DNA from: a virus
Lineage: Duplodnaviria > Caudoviricetes
Virus record (IMG/VR): IMGVR_UViG_3300028833_000121
Span: 19,933-83,932 of that record
Length of the DNA: 64,000 bases
Direction: 5' to 3' (one strand)
Part shown: in pieces, positions 9,486 through 20,354 of the stretch
How positions within the stretch are numbered: the first letter of the stretch is position 1
How the letters are laid out: the number at the start of each line of letters is the position of its first letter
Translations under genes and position numbers: made by a program
The notes under the pieces: generated by a model
Database searches by the model: none
What the model was told of the DNA's origin: nothing
The model's input: only the letters and a program-made list of their open reading frames with translations

Positions 9486-11836
9486 GTGAATTAAAACCAG
9501 TAATTGAACAATCTTTCGCGCAATACGCAGGCATGGTAATTCAGTCTCGCGCACTTGTTGACGCGCGCGATGGACTTAAACCTTCTGCGCGTCAAATATT
9601 CTATTCAATGCTTCTTCATAAACTCACCCATAATAATCCATATAAGAAAACTGCTAATGCTGTTGGTATGGCTATGGCAGATTTCTATATTCATGGTGAT
9701 TCAAGCTGTGAAGGAATTATTATGCGCGCCGGTCAGGACTTTGCTATGCGCTATCCGCTAGTTGAAGTAAAAGGTAACGTAGGTTCTCCTATCGAAAGTG
9801 GTAACTGGGCTGCTTCCCGTTATACAGAATCTCGTCTTTCTTCTATTTCTAACCTTCTATTTACTGATATTGATAAAGATACAATAATAGAATGGAGAGA
9901 TAGCTATGATAATACAAAACAGTATCCGGCGGTTCTTCCATCTAAAGGATTCTATAATCTTTGCAATGGAACGCAAGGTATTGGTGTAGGTTTAGCTAGT
10001 TCTATCCCGCAGTTTAATTTAAAGGAACTTAATAATGCGCTTATTAATCTTATTCAAAATCCGGATTGCGATTTTGATGATATTTACTGCGCGCCCGACT
10101 TTGCCACTGGTGCAATTCTACTTAATGCAGATGAAGTAAAAGAAAGCTTACGTGTTGGTAATGGGCCAGCTTGTAAGTTGAGATCTGTAGTTGAATTTGA
10201 TACGGGTGAGCGGTGTCTTGTAGTAAAAGAAATTCCGTATAGCGTTTATACAAATACTATCTGTAAGCAACTTGAAGAACTTGTAGAATCAGAAGAAAAC
10301 CCTGGAATTGAACGGTTTAATGACTTAACTGGTGCGACGCCTTTGATTAAGATTTACCTTACAAAGAAAGCAAATCCAGACAAGGTATTAAAATATTTGT
10401 ATAAAAATACTTCGCTCCAGTATTACTATGGCATTAATCTTACTATGCTTGATGGTGGTAAGTATCCTAAAGTTTTTACATGGCGCGAAGCTCTTCAAGC
10501 GCATATTGATCACGAGAAGGTTGTATATCGTCGTGGTTTTGAATATGATTTAAATAGGATGAAGTTTCGTGTCCATATTATAGACGGACTTCTCATATGT
10601 ATCGCGCGCATTGAAGAGGTTATTCAGACGATTAAATCTTCGAGTTCTACCGCAGAAGCAAGCGCGCGACTTCAAAAAGAATACATTCTTGACGCCGAGC
10701 AAGCTAAGGCAGTACTAGACCTAAAACTTAGCCGATTGGCGCATCTTGAAGTAACTAAGCTGAACGGCGAAAAAAGTGACTTACTTAAAAAAATTGGTGC
10801 AATCGAACAAATTTTAAATGACGAAATCCTATTTAATAACGAGCTTATTAAGGGATGGAAAGAAGTTGCTGCAAAATATGGTGACGCGCGCCGTACACGC
10901 ATATTAAATATTTCAAAAGAAGACGAAGAAGAACCAGCAGAAGTTCGCAATCTAATTCTTAATTTTACGAATAAAGGCGGAATCTATGTAACTGAAAGTT
11001 CTTCTCTTTACACACAACGTCGTGGCGGAGTTGGAAACAAATTTAAAATGGAAAAAGGAGAATATATTGTTGGTACTGAAATTGGAGATAATACCGATAT
11101 AATACTATTCTTCTCTGATAAAGGAAATTTCTTTCAAATTAAAATGAGTGAGTTTCCTGTAAATGAAAAAACTTATATAACTCAATTTATTACTATGACA
11201 GCAACAGAGTCTATCTGTAACGCGGCCGTCTACGCAAAGAACGAGAATAAAAATATTTATTTTATTACAAAGAACGGGCTTCTTAAAAAGACTCTATTAT
11301 CTGAATATTACCTTAAACGTGGAAATAGCGCTCGCGCAATAAATCTTGATAATGATGATGAAATTGTAAGCGTTTTCTTTGGGAACGATGGCCTTGATTG
11401 TGGTATTCTTAGTAGTGATGGAAACTTCATCATGTTTAAAACCGATGACGTTAAACCTATTGGTCGTATCGCACGAGGTATAAAAGCCATTAAACTTAAT
11501 GAAGGAGCTTTCGTACAAGACGCGCGGCCCATTCCAAAAGAAACAAAAGCTATTATATCCGTAACTAAAAATGGCCTTACAAAACAAACAAATATAAATG
11601 AATTTTCATATACTAATAAAAATACAAAAGGTTCTAAAATTCAAGGTTTAACGACTAATGATATGGTAGTTTCTTTTGACGCATTGGGCGCCGAGACTGA
11701 AATTATTGTTACATCTACTACATCACAGATACGAGTTGCAGCCGCAGAAATTCCGATGCTTTCTCGTTCCGCGCAAGGAGTTCACGTAATAAAACTAAAG
11801 CCGGTTGAACGAGTAATTCAGATAGAGAAAATTTAA
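9482..11836 (+). CDS. gyrA: Type IIA topoisomerase (gyrase) subunit A
   Basis: DGLKPSARQI, HGDSS, catalytic AASRYTE, beta-pinwheel repeats and a GyrA-box-like QRRGGVG. No TAG. Confidence 0.93.
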   Translation: MSELKPVIEQSFAQYAGMVIQSRALVDARDGLKPSARQIFYSMLLHKLTHNNPYKKTANAVGMAMADFYIHGDSSCEGIIMRAGQDFAMRYPLVEVKGNVGSPIESGNWAASRYTESRLSSISNLLFTDIDKDTIIEWRDSYDNTKQYPAVLPSKGFYNLCNGTQGIGVGLASSIPQFNLKELNNALINLIQNPDCDFDDIYCAPDFATGAILLNADEVKESLRVGNGPACKLRSVVEFDTGERCLVVKEIPYSVYTNTICKQLEELVESEENPGIERFNDLTGATPLIKIYLTKKANPDKVLKYLYKNTSLQYYYGINLTMLDGGKYPKVFTWREALQAHIDHEKVVYRRGFEYDLNRMKFRVHIIDGLLICIARIEEVIQTIKSSSSTAEASARLQKEYILDAEQAKAVLDLKLSRLAHLEVTKLNGEKSDLLKKIGAIEQILNDEILFNNELIKGWKEVAAKYGDARRTRILNISKEDEEEPAEVRNLILNFTNKGGIYVTESSSLYTQRRGGVGNKFKMEKGEYIVGTEIGDNTDIILFFSDKGNFFQIKMSEFPVNEKTYITQFITMTATESICNAAVYAKNENKNIYFITKNGLLKKTLLSEYYLKRGNSARAINLDNDDEIVSVFFGNDGLDCGILSSDGNFIMFKTDDVKPIGRIARGIKAIKLNEGAFVQDARPIPKETKAIISVTKNGLTKQTNINEFSYTNKNTKGSKIQGLTTNDMVVSFDALGAETEIIVTSTTSQIRVAAAEIPMLSRSAQGVHVIKLKPVERVIQIEKI

Positions 11837-11853
11837 GGTATAATCCCCAAAAT

Positions 11854-11882
11854 TTGAATTTTTATTAAAATTCTGATATAAT
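11854..11882 (+). promoter_or_regulatory. SigmaA-type promoter
   Basis: TTGAAT-17-TATAAT with TG extension, followed by ATTTATAGAAA. Confidence 0.8.
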
Positions 11883-11950
11883 ATTTATAGAAAGTTGAGA
11901 GAGGAAATCTCAATTTAATAGAAAATAAAAAATATAAGGAGAAAAAGATT

Positions 11951-12217
11951 ATGAAGTTGACAGAAAAGCAGGCAATGGTATTCAATTATGTTAAGGAGAA
12001 CGGTGGTCGTGTTGCGATGGAGGAGCTCTGTGCTGCTCTCGGTAGTGATGCTAAGCATTTGAATCCCGTTGTTACTGGTCTCGGTGTAAAGGGCGAGCGC
12101 GCTAAGGGTCTGTTGGACTATGAGAAGATTCCCGTGGAAGGTTCTGATAAGCCCGCGAAGTACGTGTTCCTGACCGAAGCTGGTAAGACTTTCGTCCCCA
12201 GTGATGACGAAGAGTAA
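11951..12217 (+). CDS. Small winged-helix-like DNA-binding protein
   Basis: MKLTEKQAMVFNYVKEN...helix-turn-helix...YVFLTEAGK pattern. Confidence 0.5.
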   Translation: MKLTEKQAMVFNYVKENGGRVAMEELCAALGSDAKHLNPVVTGLGVKGERAKGLLDYEKIPVEGSDKPAKYVFLTEAGKTFVPSDDEE

Positions 12218-12311
12218 GTAACTAATTCCATAGATATATAATATGGAATAGGAAAGATTCCTATTCTATATTTATATATAAGAACCGATAATTATAAAAT
12301 GGAGAAAAATA

Positions 12312-13247
12312 ATGAGACAAGCAGAAAATAATGTACATATTGAAGGTATTCTATCACAGATTGAATTGGAAAATGGTTCTTATATAAAAGACGGCAGAAC
12401 TATTGAAACAGTTCGCGGCCGCATTTATGTTAGAGTTGACCAGACTATTAATGGTAAACCAACAACTAGTGAAATTCCTATCGAATTATTCTCACCCAAG
12501 CTGACAAAGGGTGGTTCACCTAATCCGTCTTATGAATCTATTATGAAGATTAAGAATGACATGAAGTCTATTGCATCTGCTGGTAGTATTGAAGGCGCTG
12601 ATTGCGTGAAGATTAATGGCGCGCGTATTCAGATGAATGAATACTTCGACCAGGCTCAGCGATTTGTTTCATTCCCTCGTATTTCCGCTTCTTTTGTAAG
12701 TAAGATTAGTAGAGAAGCGATGGAGCCTAAGGCGACCTTTAATGTTGAAATGGTAATTGGTAGCCAGGGTTATGTTGAAAACGCAGAGGGTGAGCAGATT
12801 ACTGATGCAGATGGTAACCCTCAGTACGAAATTATTGGTCTTGTTCCTATGTATGGAGATAAGATTGATAAGATTCGTTTTGTTTGCGCGAATGAGAACG
12901 TAATTAATTCAGTTAAGGACTATTGGGAAGATGGCGCGACTGTAAAGGCTAGCGGTCGTCTTAACTTTACTTCTATTACTGAGACAATTACTACAGAGCA
13001 GGGATTTGGTGAAAATATCGAATCTCATAGAACTAAGAGCATCAGAGATATTGTTATTACCGGTGGGCTTCCTACTCCTCTTGAAGGAGAGATGGCTTAT
13101 ACACCTGAAGAGATTCAGAGCGCGCTGGCCGAGCGCCAGGCTCGTCTTGAACAGCTGAAGGCTAAGAGTGCATCAGCCACACCGAAGACTCGTCCTGCTC
13201 CAGCCCCAATTAGTGGGACGAGAAAGGCTCTTGACCTCGGGTTCTAA
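12312..13247 (+). CDS. Probable phage single-stranded DNA-binding protein
   Basis: Two OB-like beta-rich halves (NNVHIEGIL..., TVKASGRL), flexible tail ending DLGF, replication-gene context. Confidence 0.55.
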   Translation: MRQAENNVHIEGILSQIELENGSYIKDGRTIETVRGRIYVRVDQTINGKPTTSEIPIELFSPKLTKGGSPNPSYESIMKIKNDMKSIASAGSIEGADCVKINGARIQMNEYFDQAQRFVSFPRISASFVSKISREAMEPKATFNVEMVIGSQGYVENAEGEQITDADGNPQYEIIGLVPMYGDKIDKIRFVCANENVINSVKDYWEDGATVKASGRLNFTSITETITTEQGFGENIESHRTKSIRDIVITGGLPTPLEGEMAYTPEEIQSALAERQARLEQLKAKSASATPKTRPAPAPISGTRKALDLGF

Positions 13248-13260
13248 GGAGTAATACAGT

Positions 13261-14229
13261 ATGGCTATTGATATTTTAAATATTGAGCCAACTGTAATTA
13301 GTAGAGATTTAAAGGGAAAGTACGTATTACTTTATGGTAAGCCAAAGAGCGGGAAGACTACGGCCGCCTGCTCTTTCCCTAATTCTCTTTTGATTGCTTT
13401 TGAGAAAGGTTATAATGCTATTGGCGGCATTAGAGCCGTTGATGTCACTCGATGGAGTGATTTTAAAACAGTTCTGCGTCAGCTTGAAAAGCCTGAAGCG
13501 CGCCAAATGTACGAAACCATTATTATTGATACTATTTCTATTGCCTGGGATTATTGCGAGCAGTTTATCTGCGCGCAGAATGGTGTATAGAAAATTGCTG
13601 ATATTGCTTGGGGTGGTGGATACAGCGCCTGTAAGAAAGAGTTTGAATCTAGTTTACGTAAGATTACTTTACTTGGATACGGACTTGTTCTGATTTGTCA
13701 TAGTGGTTCACGCATTGAGAAAACAGCAGAAGGTAATGAAATGGAGATTATTTTCCCCGATATGCCTAAACGTGCCTCTGAAATTTGTAATGGACTCGTG
13801 GACGTTATTGGTTATATTGGAGGAGAATATAATACTGAAGGAGAGTTCGAGAGGTATCTATATACACGAGAAACCCCTAGTCTATTCGCCGGCAGCCGAT
13901 TTAAATATCTTGCGCCAAAGATTAAATTCGGATATACTGAATTAGTTAATGCTATTGCAGATGCTATTGAGATGTCTGAAAAAATTGACGGTGTAAAGGT
14001 AGTAGATAAGGCAGAGGCTAAAGTTGAGGAGAAGCTTGACTTTGCGACCGTAAGAGCTGAAGCCGCGGATTTGTGGGCGAAATTGGTAGAACAAAATGAA
14101 GAAAATGCCAATATTATTTTAAAGAAAATTGAAATAATTATGGGCCATAAGATGAGGCTCTCTGAGTTTACTGAGGACCAAGTAGATTTGTTGAATCTTG
14201 CTGTTAATGAAATGCGGGATATGCTTTAA
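13261..14229 (+). CDS. AAA_24 / Sak4-like ATPase (322 aa, one TAG)
   Basis: Walker A GKPKSGKT and Walker B IIIDT. Track fragments 13261-13590 and 13741-14229 are in one frame, joined by TAG 13588-13590. Confidence 0.8.
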
Positions 14230-14284
14230 AACTTAATATAGATATAACGATAGGGCAGGCTAGGAATGGTCTGCTCTATTAAAT

Positions 14285-14313
14285 TTGACTTTTTTCTAAT
14301 TCTATGGTATAAT
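14285..14313 (+). promoter_or_regulatory. SigmaA-type promoter
   Basis: TTGACT-17-TATAAT with TG extension, preceded by a hairpin at about 14251-14280. Confidence 0.8.
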
Positions 14314-14342
14314 ATATATAGGAACAGAATAGGAGAAAATTT

Positions 14343-14879
14343 ATGCCATTTTGTAGAATATGTAAACAAGAGATAGATAAAGAATTAGATGACTGGGTAA
14401 TGCCGTCACGCAACTGGTACTATCATAAGATATGTTACGATAATTTTAAAAAAGAAAAAGAGATAAAATCTGATGAAGATTATATTGATCTGATATTTGA
14501 TTATATAGCGCGTGACTTAAAAGTTTCATATGATTATTATAAGATTAAAGCGCAGATAAAAAATTTTATGAAAAATGGTATGACCTGTAAAGGTATGCTT
14601 TTTACATTAAAATATTATTATGATAGATTTGGTAAAGAGAATTGGGATAAAGGTTATGGCGGAATTGGTATAGTTCCTTATTTTTATAAGGAAGCAACAG
14701 AATATTGGACAAATATAGAAATTAAAAAACGCGGTAGCTGCGAACTTTTGATACAGCAAATTAGAAATTTAAAAAGTGCAGGTACGGAACCAATTAAATA
14801 TAATCCTATTCAAAAGAAAAAGAAAAAAGAAGAAATAAATTTTGATGAAATATTAAAGGAGGACGAACTTGATAGTTGA
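14343..14879 (+). CDS. Phage replication-associated protein with an N-terminal Cys/His finger
   Basis: CRIC...HKIC; lies immediately upstream of and overlaps dnaB. Confidence 0.55.
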   Translation: MPFCRICKQEIDKELDDWVMPSRNWYYHKICYDNFKKEKEIKSDEDYIDLIFDYIARDLKVSYDYYKIKAQIKNFMKNGMTCKGMLFTLKYYYDRFGKENWDKGYGGIGIVPYFYKEATEYWTNIEIKKRGSCELLIQQIRNLKSAGTEPIKYNPIQKKKKKEEINFDEILKEDELDS

Positions 14880-16431
14880 TAAAAATTGTATCCAACAAGT
14901 TTTGGGTGGAATAATTAAAAAGCCAAGTATATTAGTTGAAACAGAAAAATATAGTTTATCAATTCAAGATTTTAGTTCTACTTTTGAAAAAGTTATCTTC
15001 CAGGCAATTAAAGGATTATATGAGAATGGCGCGAAGTCAATAAATATAATTGATATTGAGAACGCACTAGATAGTAATGCGGGCGCGAAGAAGATATATG
15101 AAGCTAATAATGGGATTGAGTATCTTCAAGATATAGACAGTTTTGTAGATATAGATAACTTTGACTATTATTATAATAAATTAAAAAAGATTAATTTACT
15201 TAGGGATTTCCAAAGGCAAGGCATTAATATATCTCAGTTTTATATTGAAGATTTAACTAATGAAAAAGCTTATGAAGTAAATAGTAAGTTTGAAAGTTTA
15301 ACTATTCAAGATATTATAGATGGGATAAAAAAGAAGATATTAGGTCTTGAAAATAGCTATATTAAGAATGATGCGACAGAAACAAGAGACGTTTTTGAAG
15401 GATTAGAGGATTTACTTAGTAGTATAAAAGAAGGAAATTCTGGTATTGGTATGCCGCTACAAGGCGCGATATATAATACAGTTGTAAGTGGCGCACGTCG
15501 TGGCGCGCTGTATATTCGAAGCGGTGGAAGTGGCGTATCTAAAACTCGACAGGCAGTAGGTGACGCGTGTTATTTGGCTTTTCCTTTTAGGTATAACTTT
15601 ACAGAGTGTGAATGGGAACAAGCTGGTAATAGTGAAAAAGTATTGTTTATTGCAACAGAGCAAGATTTTAGTGAAATTCAGAAAATGATTTTGGCCTATG
15701 TTAGTGGAATTAATGAAGATAGGTTTAAATATGGAAATTTCACAACTTTGGAAAAGCAAGTAATAGAAAAAGCAGTAAAGATAATTGAAAAGTATAAAGA
15801 TAATTTTCATATTGTGCGGATGCCGAATCCAACGATTGGGTTAGTTAAAAATATTATAAGAGAGAATTGTTTGATTTATAATATTGGATATGTATTTTAT
15901 GATTATATTTTTATTGGCCCGTCTTTACTTGGAGAATTTAAAGGATTTAATTTAAGAAATGATGAAGTCCTTCTTATGTTTGCGACGGCATTAAAAGATT
16001 TGGCAGTCGAACAAAATGTGTGCGTGATGACATCTACACAGCTAAACGCAAAGGGAGACGACAATCAAAATATAAGAAATGAAGGAAGTTTGGCCGGCGG
16101 GCGCGCGACGATAAATAAAGCAGATATTGGTGCAATTATGGCGCGACCAACAAAAGAAGAATTAGAAGTATTAGCGGATGTAATTAGTAATTTTAGTGAT
16201 AGTCCAAATATAGTAACAGATATTTATAAAGTTAGAAGTGGTGTATATACACAAACTCGAATTTGGTCTTATGTTGATTTGGGGACATTACGCAAACAAG
16301 ATTTATTTATAACTAATAATCGTCTTGAACCGATTGAATTTAATTTTACTGGAATAGAAAGAATGAAGAATTGGGAAGATGATGATTGGGAAGAAATAAG
16401 AAAGTTGAATAGGGAATTAAATGGATTATAA
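14869..16431 (+). CDS. dnaB: DnaB-like replicative helicase
   Basis: Walker A-like SGGSGVSKT, FIATEQ, FYDYI, STQLN and DIYKVRSG. Confidence 0.85.
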   Translation: MIVDKNCIQQVLGGIIKKPSILVETEKYSLSIQDFSSTFEKVIFQAIKGLYENGAKSINIIDIENALDSNAGAKKIYEANNGIEYLQDIDSFVDIDNFDYYYNKLKKINLLRDFQRQGINISQFYIEDLTNEKAYEVNSKFESLTIQDIIDGIKKKILGLENSYIKNDATETRDVFEGLEDLLSSIKEGNSGIGMPLQGAIYNTVVSGARRGALYIRSGGSGVSKTRQAVGDACYLAFPFRYNFTECEWEQAGNSEKVLFIATEQDFSEIQKMILAYVSGINEDRFKYGNFTTLEKQVIEKAVKIIEKYKDNFHIVRMPNPTIGLVKNIIRENCLIYNIGYVFYDYIFIGPSLLGEFKGFNLRNDEVLLMFATALKDLAVEQNVCVMTSTQLNAKGDDNQNIRNEGSLAGGRATINKADIGAIMARPTKEELEVLADVISNFSDSPNIVTDIYKVRSGVYTQTRIWSYVDLGTLRKQDLFITNNRLEPIEFNFTGIERMKNWEDDDWEEIRKLNRELNGL

Positions 16432-17473
16432 AGAGATAATTAATAATTTAAAACCTGAAGCTGTAATAAGTTTAATGGAAAAACTTGGAGTAGATAGATA
16501 TTCAGATAGAGGAGATTATATTATTTTTCCAACAATATGTCATAATATAGATGTTGAAGAAGCTTCTATGAAATTGTATTATTATAAAAATACTCATCTT
16601 TTTGTATGTTATACTAATTGCGAAAGTATGAGTATTTTTAAATTTTTAAAAGAATATTATGACACCAGAAATATTCCATATAATTGGTATGAAGATATTT
16701 ATAAAGTTATATTGGATTGTTCTTCATTTAAACCAACGGAAGGGTTTGAAACAGTCAAATATAATAAATTAAGTGATAGATATAGAAAACGCAAACAAGA
16801 ACAAGTATTGGAGATATATCCAAAAGGACTAATAGATATTTTTATAAAGAAATATCCGATAGAATGGTTGGAAGACGGAATTAGTAAAGAAGCGATGGAT
16901 AAATATAATATTCGTTTCTCTATTCCACAAAACAAAATAATAATTCCGCATTATAATATCTATAATGAATTAATAGGAATTAGAGGGCGCGCACTTGACC
17001 CGGAAGAAGTAGAGACTATTGGTAAATATATGCCAGTACAAATAGAAGGGAAGTGGTACGCGCATCCCCTAAGTATGAATTTATACGGATTAAATTATAA
17101 TAAAGATAATATACAAAGATATGGAATTTGTTATGTTGGGGAAGCAGAGAAATTTGTGTTGCAAATGGAAGGATTTGATTTTCCTAATTGCGGGGTGGCT
17201 GTCTGCGGCAGTCAATTTAATAAGTACCAACTAAACTTATTAATGAAAACTTGCAGACCCAGAGAAATAGTAATTTGTTTTGATAAAGAAGAAAAACCAG
17301 GTGAAGACAAGTATTTTAATAAATTATATAATATGTGTAGTAAATATAAAAATTATTGTAATATGAGCTTTGTTTATGATACACGAAATTTATTAAAACT
17401 AAAAGAAAGTCCGACTGATTGTGGACAAAAGGTATTTGAAGAATTAGTAAGAAGGAGAGTTTTTGTGAAGTGA
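16421..17473 (+). CDS. dnaG: DNA primase (zinc-binding domain plus TOPRIM)
   Basis: ICHN...CYTNC zinc domain, IGIRGR, NLYGL, GEAEK and CFDKE. Confidence 0.8.
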   Translation: MDYKEIINNLKPEAVISLMEKLGVDRYSDRGDYIIFPTICHNIDVEEASMKLYYYKNTHLFVCYTNCESMSIFKFLKEYYDTRNIPYNWYEDIYKVILDCSSFKPTEGFETVKYNKLSDRYRKRKQEQVLEIYPKGLIDIFIKKYPIEWLEDGISKEAMDKYNIRFSIPQNKIIIPHYNIYNELIGIRGRALDPEEVETIGKYMPVQIEGKWYAHPLSMNLYGLNYNKDNIQRYGICYVGEAEKFVLQMEGFDFPNCGVAVCGSQFNKYQLNLLMKTCRPREIVICFDKEEKPGEDKYFNKLYNMCSKYKNYCNMSFVYDTRNLLKLKESPTDCGQKVFEELVRRRVFVK

Positions 17474-19212
17474 AATATAAAGTTAAAAATACAACTAATA
17501 TTAAAAACAATTATGGAATAGGCGTATTGAGCGCGCGAGGCATAGAAGATATTCAAGATTTTCTGAATCCGACTAAAGAACATTCTTTGCAGGATTGGAG
17601 AGATTTAGATGATATATTCGACGCTACAGAAATATTACTAGCTGCATTAGATTGTGATAATCCTAAATTTGCATTAATAGTAGACTGTGATGTTGATGGA
17701 TTCACATCTGCCGCAATATTATATCAGTACATAAAAGATGCAAAACCAGAAGCTGAAATAGACTACTACTTGCATAGTGGTAAACAACACGGTTTATCAG
17801 ATTTGTGTGACACAATTATCGACAAAGGCATTCATTATACACTTTGTTTAGTGCCCGATGCAGGAAGTAATGATTATGAATATATCGAAAAATTAGGAGA
17901 ACTTTGTACGCCTACATTAGTTTTTGACCATCATATTATAGAAGATACAACAAAAATTAGTGATTGGTGTGTGATTGTAAACAATCAAAACTCTCCAAAA
18001 TATAAGAACAAAGATCTTTCCGGCGCGGGTGTTACTTATCAATTTTGTCGTGCGCTTGATTGGAGACTTGGAAAAGATTTTGCAAGTAAATATATTGATC
18101 TAGCTGCCCTTGGTATTTGCGCAGATATGATGAGCGCGCTCTCTGAAGAAAATCAATATTTTTGGAAAGAAGGGTTTTCGCATATAAATAATTTCTTCTT
18201 CCAGACGCTATGTGAGAAGCAAGAATACTCAATGGGCGGTGTTATTAATCCCACCACTGTAGCTTTTTATATCGTGCCTATGATTAACGCTATGATACGC
18301 GTTGGTTCAATGGATGAGAAAGATAGATTGTTCCATGCGTTTATAAATGGGAAAGAATTAGTTCCTAGTAATAAACGTGGCGCAAAGGGCGTAATGGCCT
18401 ATGTAGCTGTTGAAAGCGCGCGTGAATGTACAAATGCAAAAGCGCATCAAGACAAAGAAAAACAAGCTATTGTAGATAGATTAAAAATTAAAATTAGTAA
18501 TAATGACTTGTTAGATAATAAGGTTCTGTTTATTCGGCTTGAAGACGATGATGATTTTCCCGCGGAGCTTAATGGGCTGGTTGCGATGCAACTTTCTACT
18601 CTTTATAACCGCCCTACTATTGTAGCTAGATTAAATAGCGAAGGATTTGTACGTGGTAGCGCACGCGGTCTTAATCAAAGCGAGCTTACGTCATTTAAAG
18701 ATTTCTTAAATAGTACCAAGCTTTTTGAATATACAATGGGCCATGATAATGCGTTCGGTATTTCAATTAAGAATTCTGATTTAGCTAAATTTCATAAAAT
18801 GGCTAATGAAGAACTCGCACAGTACGATTTCGGAGAGAATGTATATGACGTAGACTTTGAGCGCGAAGCTTATGCAACAGATATAAAAGCTATTATTTTT
18901 GATTTAGCACAATATACAAATATATGGGGCCAACAGAATAGCGAACCAGTCATCGCAGTAAAAGATTTAGTAGTGCGCGCGAGCGATATACAAGTTATAG
19001 GAAAGAATAAGGATACATTAAAAATTAGTAAGAACGGAATTACTTATATTAAATTTTTTGCGAAAGATTTAATTAATGAAATTTCTAAATATAATGAAAT
19101 GTAGCTTACTATCGTTGGCACTGCGAATGTAAATGAGTGGATGGGCAATGTAACGCCGCAGTTATTTATTAAAGATATTGATATTAAAGAAATTACAGAT
19201 TTAAGTTTTTAA
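17470..19212 (+). CDS. recJ: RecJ-like DHH ssDNA exonuclease (580 aa, one TAG)
   Basis: DCDVDG, FDHH, ADMM and GHDNAFG. TAG 19102-19104 read-through restores the NEWMGNVTPQLFIKD end of the OB fold. Confidence 0.9.
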
Positions 19213-19230
19213 ACTTATAGAAAGGGCTAT

Positions 19231-20298
19231 ATGGGTAATTTTATAGATATAACTGGTCAAAAATTTAATAAGTTAACAGTTTTAAAATATTTAGGAAAAA
19301 GCAAATGGGAATGTATATGTGATTGTGGTAATAAAGTTATAGTTACTGGCACATCTTTAAGAAATGGGACAACTAAATCATGTGGTTGTTTTAAGTCTAA
19401 AGTTATAGATGAAACTGGAAATAGATATGGAAAGTTAACAGTTATTAAAAGAGTTGGAAGCAATAAATATAAACGAGCTATATGGCTTTGTAAATGTGAT
19501 TGTGGTAATGAAGTTGTAAGAGAAGGATGTGAATTAAGACGTGGCAATGAAAATCAAAGTTGTGGATGTTTTAAAGGCCCAAAAACTTTCGAAGCAGCAG
19601 GCGGTATAAATGAAATTGGAAATAGATATGGAAAATTAATAGTTATTGAACGAGCAGGCACTAATGAAAAGGGAAACGCTCTTTGGAAATGTAGATGTGA
19701 TTGTGGTAATGAAATAATTGCTAGTGGAGTTAAATTAAGATATGAATTAAAAAGTTGCGGTTGCCTTATTGGTAAAAACAATGTTCAATTAATACCATCT
19801 AGCGAAAAATTTGGATTATTAACAGTTTTAAAAAGAGAGGGTTCAAAAAATAACCGCGCAGCCTATAGATGTAAATGTGAATGCGGAAATGAAATAATTG
19901 TTGACAGCAATAAATTAAAAACAGGAAATACGGTATCCTGTGGTTGTCTTAAAAAATCACATGGTGAATTAAAAATAGAACAATTACTAAAAAATAATAA
20001 TATTAATTTTACCGCAGAATATTTAAATTCTGATTGTGTCAGCCATTTAAAAGGTTATTTAAGATTTGATTTTTTTGTTAATAATGAATATTTAATTGAA
20101 TTTGATGGTATTCAACATTTTATTTCAGTTGGCGGTTGGTTTGATGAAGATTTTTTAAAAAACCAACAACAGCGAGACAAAATTAAAAATCAATGGTGCA
20201 AAGATAATAATATTCCCTTAATCCGTATCCCATACTGGCATCTTCAAGATTTAACTATTGATGATTTACGTCCAGAGACATCACAATTTTTAATTTGA
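19231..20298 (+). mobile_element. Free-standing homing-endonuclease-like gene: four Cys-rich repeats plus a DUF559-like nuclease domain
   Basis: Repeats of G-x-R-YGKL-x-V...WxCxCDCGN...SCGC (TGTGATTGTGGTAAT at 19318, 19495, 19696). C-terminal RFDF...IEFDGIQH...IPLIRIPYW. Confidence 0.65.
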
Positions 20299-20323
20299 CT
20301 TTTTATTAAATTTATGATATAAT
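20295..20323 (+). promoter_or_regulatory. SigmaA-type promoter of dnaE
   Basis: TTGACT-17-TATAAT with TG extension; the -35 overlaps the upstream TGA. Confidence 0.8.
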
Positions 20324-20354
20324 ATAATTAGAAATAAAATGAAAGGAGAGGTAG

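Noticed and set aside
12225-12275. Two overlapping hairpins upstream of the SSB gene as a riboswitch or attenuator
   Set aside because: The stems are short and AT-rich with no known aptamer features; a simple terminator or chance explains them.
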